In this document: positions 24,748 through 37,580 of the stretch, piece after piece
Layout: each line of letters begins with the position of its first letter
Position numbering within the stretch: position 1 is the stretch's first letter
From: Octopus bimaculoides
Taxonomy: Eukaryota
Reading direction: 5' to 3'
Assembly: GCF_001194135.2 (NCBI RefSeq)
Contig: NC_068995.1
Coordinates: 15,341,915 to 15,405,914 of the forward strand
Length of the DNA: 64,000 nt
Translations under genes and position numbers: made by a program
The notes under the pieces: generated by a model
The model's database searches: none
Told to the model about the DNA's origin: nothing
Seen by the model: only the letters and a program-made list of their open reading frames with translations

Positions 24748-24870
24748 ATGATGATGATATTGTATTTCATGATCATGAAGACGACGACAACGACGACGAC
24801 GACGATGGCGATAATCTTCTCAATGTTGATTCTGATGAGGTTGAGCATGATGGTGTCGGTGATAATGATT
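24010..24870. repeat. (GAT)/(GAA)/(GTT)/(GAC) trinucleotide arrays
   Basis: Directly visible. Explains the poly-M, poly-D and poly-I ORFs. Confidence 0.95.
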
Positions 24871-25342
24871 CGCTCATGTGGTACTGCGTTACTTGGATAC
24901 AAGAAAAATATCCGAGATGGTCACGGCTGGAATGCTTTTGATCAGGGATGTCAATGAAGGCAATATCAAGAGTGGCATCAACAATACTACCCCTACCATA
25001 TACGTATACAGGGAGCAAGTATCAGAATGATCTCCTCCTCCTCCTCCTCCTCCTCCTCCTCCTNNNNNNNNNNNNNNNNNNNNNNNNNNNNNNNNNNNNN
25101 NNNNNNNNNNNNNNNNNNNNNNNNNNNNNNNNNNNNNNNNNNNNNNNNNNNNNNNNNNNNNNNNNNNNNNNNNNNNNNNNNNNNNNNNNNNNNNNNNNNN
25201 NNNNNATACCTGAATCCTTTATATAATAACCAAAATGAAGTCGATTGACAAGTTTATTTTTTGAACCTGTGGAAGGTACACGAGATGTCGAAATATCGTT
25301 CACTTGATGACAATGGCACTCTTCATTTTTTTGCTAATAATA

Positions 25343-25383
<41 letters not shown>

Positions 25384-25432
25384 AATAATAAAAATAATAA
25401 AAATGATAATAATAAATGGCATTCCTCTGATT

Positions 25433-25738
25433 ACGACGACGAAGTTTTCAGACGATCCGGTCAACGGAACAGCCTACACGTGAAATTAACGTGCATGTGG
25501 CTGAGCACTCCACAGACACGTGAACCCTCAACGTAGTTCTAAGGGAGATTTAGCGTGATACAGAATGTGACAAGGCTGGCCCTTTGAAATACAGGTACAA
25601 CTCATTTTTGCCAGCTAAGTGGACTGGAGCAACGTGAATAAAGTGTCTTGCTCAAGGACACAACGTGTCACTGGGAATCGAACTCACGACCCTACGATAG
25701 TGAGTTGAATACCCCGAACCACGAAGCCATGCGCCTTG
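25433..25738 (-). mobile_element. SINE C-type, short core
   Basis: Homologous to 1716-2022. Head TGGCTTCGTGG, B-box GTTCGATTCCC on the minus strand. Confidence 0.85.
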
Positions 25739-25840
25739 GTTCATTTCGCTAATAACGAATATATACACACACATAAAGGCGCACACAGACACACACAGAC
25801 ACACACAGACGCATAGATATATATTAAGAGAAAGAGAGAG

Positions 25841-25871
<31 letters not shown>

Positions 25872-27508
25872 GAAAGAGAGAGAGAGAGAGAGAAAGAAGA
25901 GTAGGCCCCACTCGGTACATGGCTGATATTTTCTTTAGACCCTAAAAGGATGAAAGCCAAAAATCCACGTCAGCTGGATTTGAACACAAAGAGCCAGAAC
26001 GCTCAAACGATTCTGCTAATCCACTGCCGTATATGTTTCTAGGACCACATCACCCAGTATGTTCTGCTTTTTTATTTTTTATTTTTAAGACGGCAGAGTG
26101 TGATTTGTGGGGNNNNNNNNNNNNNNNNNNNNNNNNNNNNNNNNNNNNNNNNNNNNNNNNNNNNNNNNNNNNNNNNNNNNNNNNNNNNNNNNNNNNNNNN
26201 NNNNNNNNNNNNNNNNNNNNNNNNNNNNNNNNNNNNNNNNNNNNNNNNNNNNNNNNNNNNNNNNNNNNNNNNNNNNNNNNNNNNNNNNNNNNNNNNNNNN
26301 NNNNNNNNNNNNNNNNNNNNNNNNNNNNNNNNNNNNNNNNNNNNNNNNNNNNNNNNNNNNNNNNNNNNNNNNNNNNNNNNNNNNNNNNNNNNNNNNNNNN
26401 NNNNNNNNNNNNNNNNNNNNNNNNNNNNNNNNNNNNNNNNNNNNNNNNNNNNNNNNNNNNNNNNNNNNNNNNNNNNNNNNNNNNNNNNNNNNNNNNNNNN
26501 NNNNNNNNNNNNNNNNNNNNNNNNNNNNNNNNNNNNNNNNNNNNNNNNNNNNNNNNNNNNNNNNNNNNNNNNNNNNNNNNNNNNNNNNNNNNNNNNNNNN
26601 NNNNNNNNNNNNNNNNNNNNNNNNNNNNNNNNNNNNNNNNNNNNNNNNNNNNNNNNNNNNNNNNNNNNNNNNNNNNNNNNNNNNNNNNNNNNNNNNNNNN
26701 NNNNNNNNNNNNNNNNNNNNNNNNNNNNNNNNNNNNNNNNNNNNNNNNNNNNNNNNNNNNNNNNNNNNNNNNNNNNNNNNNNNNNNNNNNNNNNNNNNNN
26801 NNNNNNNNNNNNNNNNNNNNNNNNNNNNNNNNNNNNNNNNNNNNNNNNNNNNNNNNNNNNNNNNNNNNNNNNNNNNNNNNNNNNNNNNNNNNNNNNNNNN
26901 NNNNNNNNNNNNNNNNNNNNNNNNNNNNNNNNNNNNNNNNNNNNNNNNNNNNNNNNNNNNNNNNNNNNNNNNNNNNNNNNNNNNNNNNNNNNNNNNNNNN
27001 NNNNNNNNNNNNNNNNNNNNNNNNNNNNNNNNNNNNNNNNNNNNNNNNNNNNNNNNNNNNNNTATATATATATATATATCAAGTATCACACTTTCTATAT
27101 TTTACGTATGTAAAATGTATGTATGTATACATGTATGTATGTGTATACGTGTGTGTATATACATACATACATATACATATATATATATATAGATACATAT
27201 ACGTATATAAATATATATATATTCATATACATATGTTTATGTATGTATACATGTACATGCACATATGTGTATATAGGTATGCGTATATAAATGTGTATAC
27301 ATATACATATACATACATACATATACATATATATATATACGTACATGTATATAAATATATATATATGTGTGTGTGTTTGTATGTATACACGCATTAACAT
27401 GAAAAGAAATAAGAGTTTCATATTTCTTTATGAGAGAATTTTAACAACGTCATGACGACGACCACCACCGTCACGACGACGACCACCACTAATAATAACA
27501 ATAATAAT

Positions 27509-27600
<92 letters not shown>

Positions 27601-27974
27601 TTCTTCACACTAGACTCGAAATCATTTTTGAATCCCCGAAACTTGATTGTTGACATGATTATATATTACTGGTATTAAATATTCTTTGTTTAATCCTTGC
27701 ACAATGGATGGACAACTGAACACGAGCGTTGTTAAAATGACAACAACAGCTGACCGGAAATTATCGAATCCGTAGAATACTGGATACAAAATGACTTCCA
27801 CTTTGCATCATCCTTCATGGAATATCTCTGGCAGTCTTCGCGACATTTTACACAGATATAATCATAGCTGGAATGAGGTAGTCCATGAATTTTGTGCAGG
27901 GGTGAGGTACAAATACTTAGAGAGGTGGAGATGCAGAGTATACATACATACATACATACATACATACATACATA

Positions 27975-28203
27975 CAGTAATGCCTCGCCATATCGCGGTT
28001 CGACTATCGCGGTTTATGATTCAACTTTACGTCGATTTCTCCGTTATGTTGTTTTGCATTTATAATAATATATATATATGTATATACAAATTATAAAAAT
28101 AATAATAAAAAATATACAGTACAGTACTGTTTCTACTGCGCAGATTTTCACCTATCGCGGGGGATTTTAGAACGTAACACACGCGATAATCGAGGGATTA
28201 CTC
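27975..28203. mobile_element. Pogo/Tigger-like MITE
   Basis: TA then CAGTAATGCCTCGCCATATCGCG at the left end. CGCGATAATCGAGGGATTACT at the right end. Typical CAGTA-type Tigger TIR. Confidence 0.75.
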
Positions 28204-29962
28204 TGTGTGTGTGTGTATGCATGTATGTATGTATNNNNNNNNNNNNNNNNNNNNNNNNNNNNNNNNNNNNNNNNNNNNNNNNNNNNNNNNNNNNNNNNNN
28301 NNNNNNNNNNNNNNNNNNNNNNNNNNNNNNNNNNNNNNNNNNNNNNNNNNNNNNNNNNNNNNNNNNNNNNNNNNNNNNNNNNNNNNNNNNNNNNNNNNNN
28401 NNNNNNNNNNNNNNNNNNNNNNNNNNNNNNNNNNNNNNNNNNNNNNNNNNNNNNNNNNNNNNNNNNNNNNNNNNNNNNNNNNNNNNNNNNNNNNNNNNNN
28501 NNNNNNNNNNNNNNNNNNNNNNNNNNNNNNNNNNNNNNNNNNNNNNNNNNNNNNNNNNNNNNNNNNNNNNNNNNNNNNNNNNNNNNNNNNNNNNNNNNNN
28601 NNNNNNNNNNNNNNNNNNNNNNNNNNNNNNNNNNNNNNNNNNNNNNNNNNNNNNNNNNNNNNNNNNNNNNNNNNNNNNNNNNNNNNNNNATCAATATATA
28701 TATATATATATATCTATATATATATACATATATATATATATTAAAATTTGTTTAAATGTTCAAAATGTATGTATGATGCTGTATAATACGGACTGTTAAT
28801 TTTTATGATGTTATGTGTGTGTGTATGCATGTATGTATGTATGTATGTATGTATGTATGTATGTATGTATTAGAATGAGAAGATGAAGAAGTAAAACATA
28901 TGGTATCACTTTAGAGTATATGATTTATAATTCAAACATAATTGCAGTGTTGTTAGAGTAAATAAGGGATTAAGAAATAATGGGTAAAGTCTGTTACAGC
29001 TGTTTCTAGAATAGCTGTGCATGTGGAACATATATTACTGAGCAAAGATTTCCATGTAAGCCAACTATTACATCTTCGGAGAGAACGGATTAAGTAACAT
29101 CTTTGAGAAAGGATATTAGTAGATGCAGTTCACTGAAGAATTAAGGAAATCCCTAGTGAAAGAAAATAGGATAATGGTAGAGTATTTACTCAAACAACTC
29201 TGCAATTATGTTTGAATTATAAATTATATACCCTAACGTGATACCCCATGTTTTACTTGTTCATCCTCTCTTTCTAGTACATACATACACGCGCGCGCAT
29301 ACATCATAAAGATTAACAGCCCGTATTATACAGCATTATATATGCATTTTTGAACATTTAAGCATTTGAATAAATTTTTATTTGAAACAAAGTATATATT
29401 ATCTTCTATCTTCCATGTTATTTGGAGGAGTATCTAACTTCTTTCGAAGATATTAATGATAAAAACGAGGAATTTTAATGTCTACAGTGTTTCATTATAC
29501 GCTATTTATATGCATCGCTCTATATGACAAGTGAATGAGAAAGTGTGTGTGTGTCTGCGTGTGTTCTTATGTGCTTATGTGCCACGTGTGTGTGTATGTG
29601 TGCGTGCGTGAGGGAGAGAGAGAATTATTATGAGACAGTGAGACAGAGAGAATAAGAGAGTTGAAGAGAGTGGGGGTGATTAAAAAGAAACTGAAGGAGA
29701 AAAAAAAACCGTTTGACATCATAAACTGACAACGTTTTTGAACCTTGCCCTAACACAACTGTTCTACAACCACTACTTTACAGCTATCTGTCTTTTGACA
29801 TCTTTCTTGAATCTTCTGTTTACCTGAGTCTGACCTCGACCCGGGATTATTTATTTATTCCCATACTTCCATGCATTATTCTGGAATCATAATTTTGGAT
29901 GTGTTTGCAAATTTTAGAAAAGATTCGTCGAGAAATTGCGTCGATGTTTAAAAAGAATAAAC

Positions 29963-30332
29963 GGGAGCAGGCGTGGTTGTGTGGTAAGAAGCTTGCTTCT
30001 CAACCATCTGGTTCCGAGTTTAGTCCCACTGCGTGGCACCTCGGATAAGTGTCTTCCACTATAGCCTCGGGCCAACCAAAGCCTTGTGAGTGGACTCGTA
30101 GACGGAAACTGAAAGAAGCCCGTCGTATAAAACATTCAATTTTTTTCTCCGTGTTCTTCTCCTTGTTTTCTCCGTATTCTTTCTGTTGACGAGCATAGCT
30201 CGAAACGTTAAAGACTTTCTGTATTCCCGAGCGTTAAACTCATACATCCTTTTGTTGTTTACACCACCTGTCCTCGTCTGTTGTTGTTTTTTTTCGTAAA
30301 TTCTCCCACATATATATATATANNNNNNNNNN

Positions 30333-30394
<62 letters not shown>

Positions 30395-30655
30395 TATATG
30401 TATCTATGTGTGTTTGTGTCTGTGTATGTGTGTCTTTGTGGATATGTTTGTTCCTCCACCACTACTTGAAAACCGGTGATAGTATGTTTACGTCCCCGTA
30501 ACTTAGCAGTCCGACACAAAAAAGATCGATAGAATAAATTACCAGGCTTGAAAAGCTATAAATACTGCGGTCGATTTGTTCGACTAAAAATTTCTTCATG
30601 GCTGTGCTCCAGCATGGTCGCAGTCTAGTGACAGAAACAAGCAAGAGATAAAAAA
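29963..30655 (+). mobile_element. SINE A carrying a ~180-bp insert (30130-30309) in its central microsatellite
   Basis: A head to GAAGCCCGTCG, then foreign segment, then (TA)n and the normal A tail. Confidence 0.85.
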
Positions 30656-31929
30656 ATAAATAAACGATGTCGCTTATAGATTTAGACAACGCTTATGTAG
30701 ACATAAACAACGAAGACCGGTTACGTTAAAACATCATGCAAAGGATCACGTTTAGATTCTAAAACATCTTGATCATAAAACCGTTTTATTGTGTAGACTT
30801 AGGTTAGCTATAATCGAAAAGAGTTTCTTTCAAAAGAGTTCCATCTGTGACCATCTCGACTGTTGAATTACTTAGAACTACATTGTCCAATGCGCCCAAT
30901 TTTTAAAGTAGGTTGCGATCTGACGTAGATTTGGCTTCCGTTTCTAACATGTCAGACGACAGCGTAGAGATGATAAATGTTTTTAATAACGGGTTTGACT
31001 TAAGATCGAATCAATAGAAATTTTCATTTTATTGCAAATATTTTAGTGACGTGAATAGAAAGAGTTTTAAGTAGATTCAACAATCAATTAAGACTTTGAT
31101 ACATTTTAAAGTTAAAGTTGACCGAGAAGTATTAATAAAACAGAAATTGTGAACAAACCGTTGGAGGCATTGATGGCGTTGATGTTGGCAGTGATAGCTG
31201 CAGTGCTGCTGCTGCTGCTGCTGCTGCTAGTGTTGTTTTTGTTGTTGTTGTTGTTGTTGGTGGTTTAGTGTCCTGTAGTTATGTATCGGTTTGGAAATAG
31301 GACGAAAGCCGTATTAAAGTTATTAATAAATGGCGAGATAACTTGACTGAATAAACAGGTCGACCAAGGTTACTTTTAAGATATTAAAAGCAACATAAAG
31401 ATATAGGTGTTTCAGTTGGTCCCGAGATTATATATATATATTTATACATACATACATACATACATATATATATACACATATATAACAGAGAGTACTCTTC
31501 ATTTCCCGATGAATTACCTATATAGTTTCACCTTTTGCACTTGTATTTGACCGGGTAAGTCTACCACTTGGGATTCTATTGAGTATCCTCTCCAACGTTC
31601 TTCTCACAGTTTCACCACTCTACCAATTGCTACTTCTTTCTATTTGCTCATAACCGTAAGGTCATGGGTTCGATTTCTGAACTAGGTTATGCTTTATGTC
31701 TTCGAGCGAGATACTTCACTCTAATCTGCTCATTTGAAACTAGGCGCCAGCAATAGTTGTGGATTAACCCTGGTTTCTGGTGGCCTGTTCAGAGTAGGTT
31801 ATGTGCTCTCTGTCATCTAAATACTTTGAAAACCGAGTTAAACTCTGGCCTAAAGAAGCCAAGGACCCAAGACTGACTTTAACGCTCTTCTTGGATGCTG
31901 TTTGTAGAATTTACTCAATGACAGCAGCC

Positions 31930-32335
31930 GAACCCTTTCCCCTGGTCCTCTCTCGATTGACGATATTTCCTGCAGTCATTGACCTACAAGTATACAGTTT
32001 GGGCATTGATTGTATTAGTCACATCAATCGGTGGTGCTGGTGGTGAGGTTTGCACGCGCTATAAGCACTTTTTCTTCCCTCTTGATTAACTTCTGGAAAT
32101 GTAATTGCTTCTCCACTCTCTTCGGATCTCTGTCGGTGAATGTTGATAATTTATCTACGCCTGTATGTGTAGAACTGAGCAAGATTTTTTTGTATGTTTT
32201 AGACTGACGGTTGACCTTCTATGTAAGTCTTCTCTCCACGCTACCGATGTTGTTCAAGAGATAGACCGCCGCCTTGGGTTAAAATTGTTTGGCAACAGTG
32301 CCGTGGTAGATGTTGTCATCAAAACGCAAAGAGTC
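31930..32335 (-). mobile_element. RTE-like LINE 3' end relic
   Basis: Minus-strand frames: TDRDPKR, KREEK..ARANLTTSTTD*CD..C, CRSMTAG. Resembles the post-RT and C-terminal Zn-finger region of RTE/BovB-like ORFs. Confidence 0.5.
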
Positions 32336-33099
32336 GGAACAGATTCTATTTAGTATCCTCTCCAACGCTATCATAGTTTCGCAACTCTACCAATTGCTAC
32401 CTCTTTATTCAAAGACAAAGTTGATCGCGGCAAGATTTGAGCTTACAGAGCAGACAATTGCAACAAATATCACGAGACCTTCTATCCAGCGTTCTAACGA
32501 CTCTGCTAATTCATTGCATTCATACTCCAATGACATAGATAAATTATTTGCTTTTTGATTCTTCGATGAAAAACTTTGCTCGAAACGTCTGATACTTTCG
32601 TTCTTTACAGCTACACAAGTCTACCTTAGTTTTCCATTTACTATTGATTCTTTTCTGTCGCAGGCCACTACTAATTTCCATGATATTTGATTATCACTTT
32701 AAGATAGATCTGAATAAATAATCAGTAAAGAAAGACAACATTTATCCACGCGATAAATCCTTTGTTGATGATAACAAATATTTCTCAGTTCGTCACACTA
32801 AAATGGTTCGCTAAAATGCTTTATTCACATTTGATTCCATTTGTAAAAGTAAATTTCTACATAAATTGAAGGTAATATGTGTCAGAATAATAGAAACTAA
32901 ATAAGTTCTACTTCTTCTTTTGTGAATCAATCAAATTGCAATGTTTCAGTTGGCATCGTTTTCTCTCCGTACTTGTTCCCGTGGTAACACTCAACTGCAA
33001 TTAACCTTCGGTCTTGTATGTTTATCATAGACATTGCGAGTTTCTATTTGTCTGTAGTTAAAAGATGAGGCCTTTTGTTTGTTAATTCAGACGGTAAGA

Positions 33100-33243
33100 G
33101 TGAAAGAGAGATAGATAGATAAATAGATAGAGAGATACAGAGAGGGAGGAGGTGAGAGAGAACGAAATGTATAGAGAGGAAAAGAGTGAACAAAAGATAG
33201 AGATGGGAGAGAGAGGACGTAAGAGATAGAAATAAAGAGGACG

Positions 33244-33320
<77 letters not shown>

Positions 33321-33620
33321 GAAAGAGGTAGATGGAAAGATAGACAGACTAATAGATAGATAGTGAGAGAGAGAACGAAAGTTAAAGAGAGGGAAAGAGT
33401 GAACAAAATAGAGAGATAGAGGGAGAAAGGCTGAAAGAGATAGAGTGAAAGAAGGAGAAAAGAGAAAACGAAAAAGAGAGGACGAAAAAGAGAGAGAAGA
33501 GAAGGAGATATAGGCTGAAAGAGAGATAGGCCGAAAGAGAGAAACTGCAAAGGAGAACGAACGAAAGCGAGAACGAGAGAGATAGAAAAAGAGGACGAAA
33601 ATTAAAGATAGGAAGAGAGA
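33100..33620. repeat. (GA)-rich purine tract
   Basis: Directly visible. Confidence 0.9.
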
Positions 33621-33782
33621 AAGAAAATGAGCATTAGAGAAACCTGTGTTCGTTTCCTATGAGGAAATCTCTCGGGAATAAAGGTTTCGAAAGTGGAGTA
33701 TAATCGTATTTAGTTAAAGAATGATCTATGAGAGGTTATAACATGAAGAAATGCCTATACTTTTATCGACACATACATGCAC

Positions 33783-33862
<80 letters not shown>

Positions 33863-33974
33863 TCACACACACACACAAATATATATACATACACACAATA
33901 TCTATAAATACAAAAATAAGAAAACTTCATTTGATCTCATATTTCTAGTTTATCGCTTAGTCAGGTGGAAAAGC

Positions 33975-34175
33975 AACGCCGATGACCCTTCCCAGGGCCT
34001 CCGAGACCGACAGAAGGAAGAGTGAGGGGGAAATTATCCTCAAATCGGAGATCTGAATCGAAAGCTTGCAACAGAATGAATTCCTCGGCTAAAGGTGTCC
34101 AAGGGACAAGTGTTGGTGTTAAACCGGGCGGCAGATTAAGTCTCTTATTCAGGCAGAACACGGTGGGACTTGAAC
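33975..34175 (+). repeat. Unclassified dispersed repeat F, second copy
   Basis: Shares the ordered anchors listed for 16120-16330. Confidence 0.6.
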
Positions 34176-34249
34176 GCGTAACGCATATGTATGTATGTAT
34201 GTATGTCCTCCCTGCAATACAGGCTCATGAAGCTGGTGTCGCGGATTCT

Positions 34250-34428
34250 GAGGAACATATATCTCCCTATTGGATGGGACGTTAATCCCTCTTAGAATGA
34301 CTCTCTTTTGCCGATTGACTGAACTGGAGCAACTTCAAGCACACAACACACCGTCTTATGCAGGAATCGAAACCGCAATCCTACGATAGCGAGTGCAACA
34401 CCCTAACCACTAAGCCACCCGCCTCCAC
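34250..34428 (-). mobile_element. SINE C-type, head and core
   Basis: CCCTAACCACTAAGCCA and GGAATCGAAACC are the reverse-complemented A and B boxes. Confidence 0.75.
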
Positions 34429-34558
34429 GTATTTCGTAGTGGTACTGGTTATATCAGACACACACACGCACACACAGAGCTGAACACGCGCGCGCGCACA
34501 CACACATACACGCGCACACACGCAAAACACTCGCATACATACTTGTATATAGACACAC

Positions 34559-34605
<47 letters not shown>

Positions 34606-34617
34606 CATACTACTTTA

Positions 34618-35328
34618 CTGTTTTACTCTTTGACTTGTTTCAATCATTTGATTGCAGCCATGTTTGGGCACCGCCTTGCAGGGATTTTGCCGAAGAAATC
34701 TATCCCAGGACTTATTCTTTTTAAGCCTAGTACTTATTCTATCAGTNNNNNNNNNNNNNNNNNNNNNNNNNNNNNNNNNNNNNNNNNNNNNNNNNNNNNN
34801 NNNNNNNNNNNNNNNNNNNNNNNNNNNNNNNNNNNNNNNNNNNNNNNNNNNNNNNNNNNNNNNNNNNNNNNNNNNNNNNNNNNNNNNNNNNNNNNNNNNN
34901 NNNNNNNNNNNNNNNNNNNNNNNNNNNNNNNNNNNNNNNNNNNNNNNNNNNNNNNNNNNNNNNNNNNNNNNNNNNNNNNNNNNNNNNNNNNNNNNNNNNN
35001 NNNNNNNNNNNNNNNNNNNNNNNNNNNNNNNNNNNNNNNNNTTGCCGAACCGCTAAGTTACGGGGACGTAAACAGACCAGCATCGGTTGTCAAGCGATGT
35101 TGGGGGGACAAACACAGACACACAAACATATACACACACATATATACATATATATACATATATACGATAGGCTTCTTTCAGTTTCCGTCTACCAAATCCA
35201 CTCACAAGGCTTCGGTCGGCCCGTGGCTATAGTAGAAGACACTTGCCCAAGGTGCCACGCAGTGGGAATGAACCCGAAACCATGTGGTTGGTAAGCAAGC
35301 TACTTACCACACAGCCACTCCTGCGCCT
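34618..35328 (-). mobile_element. SINE A (spans an N gap), well conserved
   Basis: Near-consensus head GGCGCAGGAGTGGCTGTGTGGTAAGTAGCTTGC on the minus strand. Confidence 0.9.
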
Positions 35329-36357
35329 GTATATATATATATATATAGCATTTGTTCTGTGCTTGCGCAATGTAATTAAGTGTTCCTCTGAAGAATCATT
35401 ATGGATCTTCATCCACATCCTCAATGGACACTCACTTCAGTGAATGCAAATAACCAAAATGAAGCAAAGTGCGTAGTATAGAAATGGTATTAAATCTACC
35501 TTCTTTAGCATACTTTTTCCAACACACACACACACACACACACAACACTCTCATATATGCACGTCGGTAGGAATGAGCACGTGTGCTCAATAACAGTACC
35601 AAAATTGCTGATTTCTTTTTTCCATTAACCAGTATTTCTAAGCTTCATAAGTACCGTGGAGAGGCAGCAGCTCTGCCAAAAAGCGCTCACCTTAGGATAC
35701 ACTTGATGAAAACGAAGAGAAACGATGGATACACTAATCTCAGTTTGAAATAGCTCTTTCATAAAACTGGGTTCCACATTTGTCAACTGGCAACAATACC
35801 ACTTTAATTTATAATCTCAGCTGGATGAAATCAAATTATGATGTTATTTACATAATGGATTGGTGAAAAAAGAAAAAAAAATGCGAGAAAAAGAAATTAA
35901 ATACAATTATATTATGGCAACACATTTTTAGTTCTCTCTCGCTTGCTTCACAGTTTTTCAAAAATCTCGAGCAATCTAACTGTCAGAATTTGTTTCGGTA
36001 GAAAATGTTTTAATGTTTCTTCAGAAAAAAATGTTCAAATAAAATCACATGCAGTTGTTGTATATTTACATTCACACACACACACACACGCACGCAAACA
36101 CGCACACATTTATATATATACATCCACATTTATATATACATCCACATCTACACATGCACATACATATACACATGCGTACACAAACAAGTACACACAAGCA
36201 TAGATGTGTACATACAAACATACATACAGACAAATACAGACTGACATGCATACATGCATACATACATACATACACACATATATACATGCATGCATACATA
36301 CATACATACATACACACATATATACATACATACATACATACATCGGTGCATGCATAA

Positions 36358-36540
36358 TTTGATTATAAATTCTCATTTGTACCTATCATCATGGGTACAT
36401 TAGGTTATGTGCCAACAAATTTACACAAATTCTTTGAAATACTAGGTTTTCCGAAGAAAGAGAATTCTCCAAATATAATTTATTAATGGCCTAGTGAATA
36501 TTTGTAAGATATTCCAAAGATTCTCCATCTGATATTCTTT
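36358..36540 (+). mobile_element. REL-type LINE C-terminus, second family
   Basis: DYKFSFVPIIMGTLGYVPTNLHKFFEILGFPKKE (cf. PI.VGALG motif of REL domains). Confidence 0.7.
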
Positions 36541-37139
36541 AGGTGAATATATGCGCACACTTGGGTGTATGCTTCGACTGTTTAACGGACACATCAACTC
36601 AACCACATAGTTACAAACACCGGGAACTCTCTGAACTCAAAATGTCGTCTCTTTATTCGTGACGGCTTGGACTCTCTTAAGAATTTAAATAAAACTTAAA
36701 GAAAATACATACATACATATATACATATACAGAATGCTAAGATGTTCACAAAGTGCGGAGTTCGATTCCTGGAGCGTATAATGAGTCATGTTCATTAATA
36801 AGATACTTCATTTCCCTTTGTTCCAGTCTACTCAGCACTCTCTCCCTGCAGCGCTCACATCCTAGATGTTCGGTCGGATTAAGGTAGGAGGGCCGAGAGG
36901 AAACCTGAAACACCCTCGATTCAGAGTGACAGGTGTTGTTAATTACCGAAATATTAAGAGGTGTTACTAAAATTCGCAATTAGTTGATTAGTTGAAAAAA
37001 CAGACTTTAAATAAAATTAAATCAATAAAAAATATATTCCAGTTTAATGATTTTTTCTGAAACGTTGTACACAAAACGAATGCTATATTAAAAGAAATAC
37101 AAAAGTTACTATGATATTATTAGTTGACATGGTTAGTCC

Positions 37140-37518
37140 ACTTTACTCTGTAAGGAGCATAGGACTGGTTTCCGGGTTTCTCTGGCGTATCGCTGACAGA
37201 TCATTTAAATTTTTACATGATAGTCTCTCCCGTTGAAGATGGCATATGAGCGTTCAGCTTGTGCCGAACGACCGGCGCAAATGATTTGTTTATAGTGATC
37301 AAAAGTTCGTGTCACGTATTAGCTCACTCCCTCCATCAAATTGACGTTGCCTGGACAGGTATACTGTGTACCAGACGTCAGCTGTCAACGTGATCGCAGA
37401 GTAACGTGAGATGAAGTGTTTTGCTCAAGAACACAACGTACCACCCGGTCTAGGAATTGAAATCACGATCGCTAGATCGTGAGTGCAACACTCTAACCAC
37501 TAGGCCATGCACCCTCAC
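37140..37518 (-). mobile_element. SINE with C-type head and core but a distinct tail
   Basis: Head CTAACCACTAGGCCATG and core GTGTTTTGCTCAAGAACACAAC are shared with C copies. 37140-37380 differs from the other tails. Confidence 0.75.
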
Positions 37519-37580
37519 ATTTTCACATATTGGTAGAGTAACTGTTACTCTTTAGTAATGCTTCTCCCTGTTTTCTTCCT

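Noticed and set aside
24014-24957. Acidic poly-D and poly-M ORFs
   Set aside because: (GAT)n expansions; non-repeat parts are short and unrecognisable.
29710-29900. Branch point plus acceptor (+) and CAG|GTAAAC donor (-)
   Set aside because: All frames close quickly; a UTR exon cannot be supported from sequence alone.
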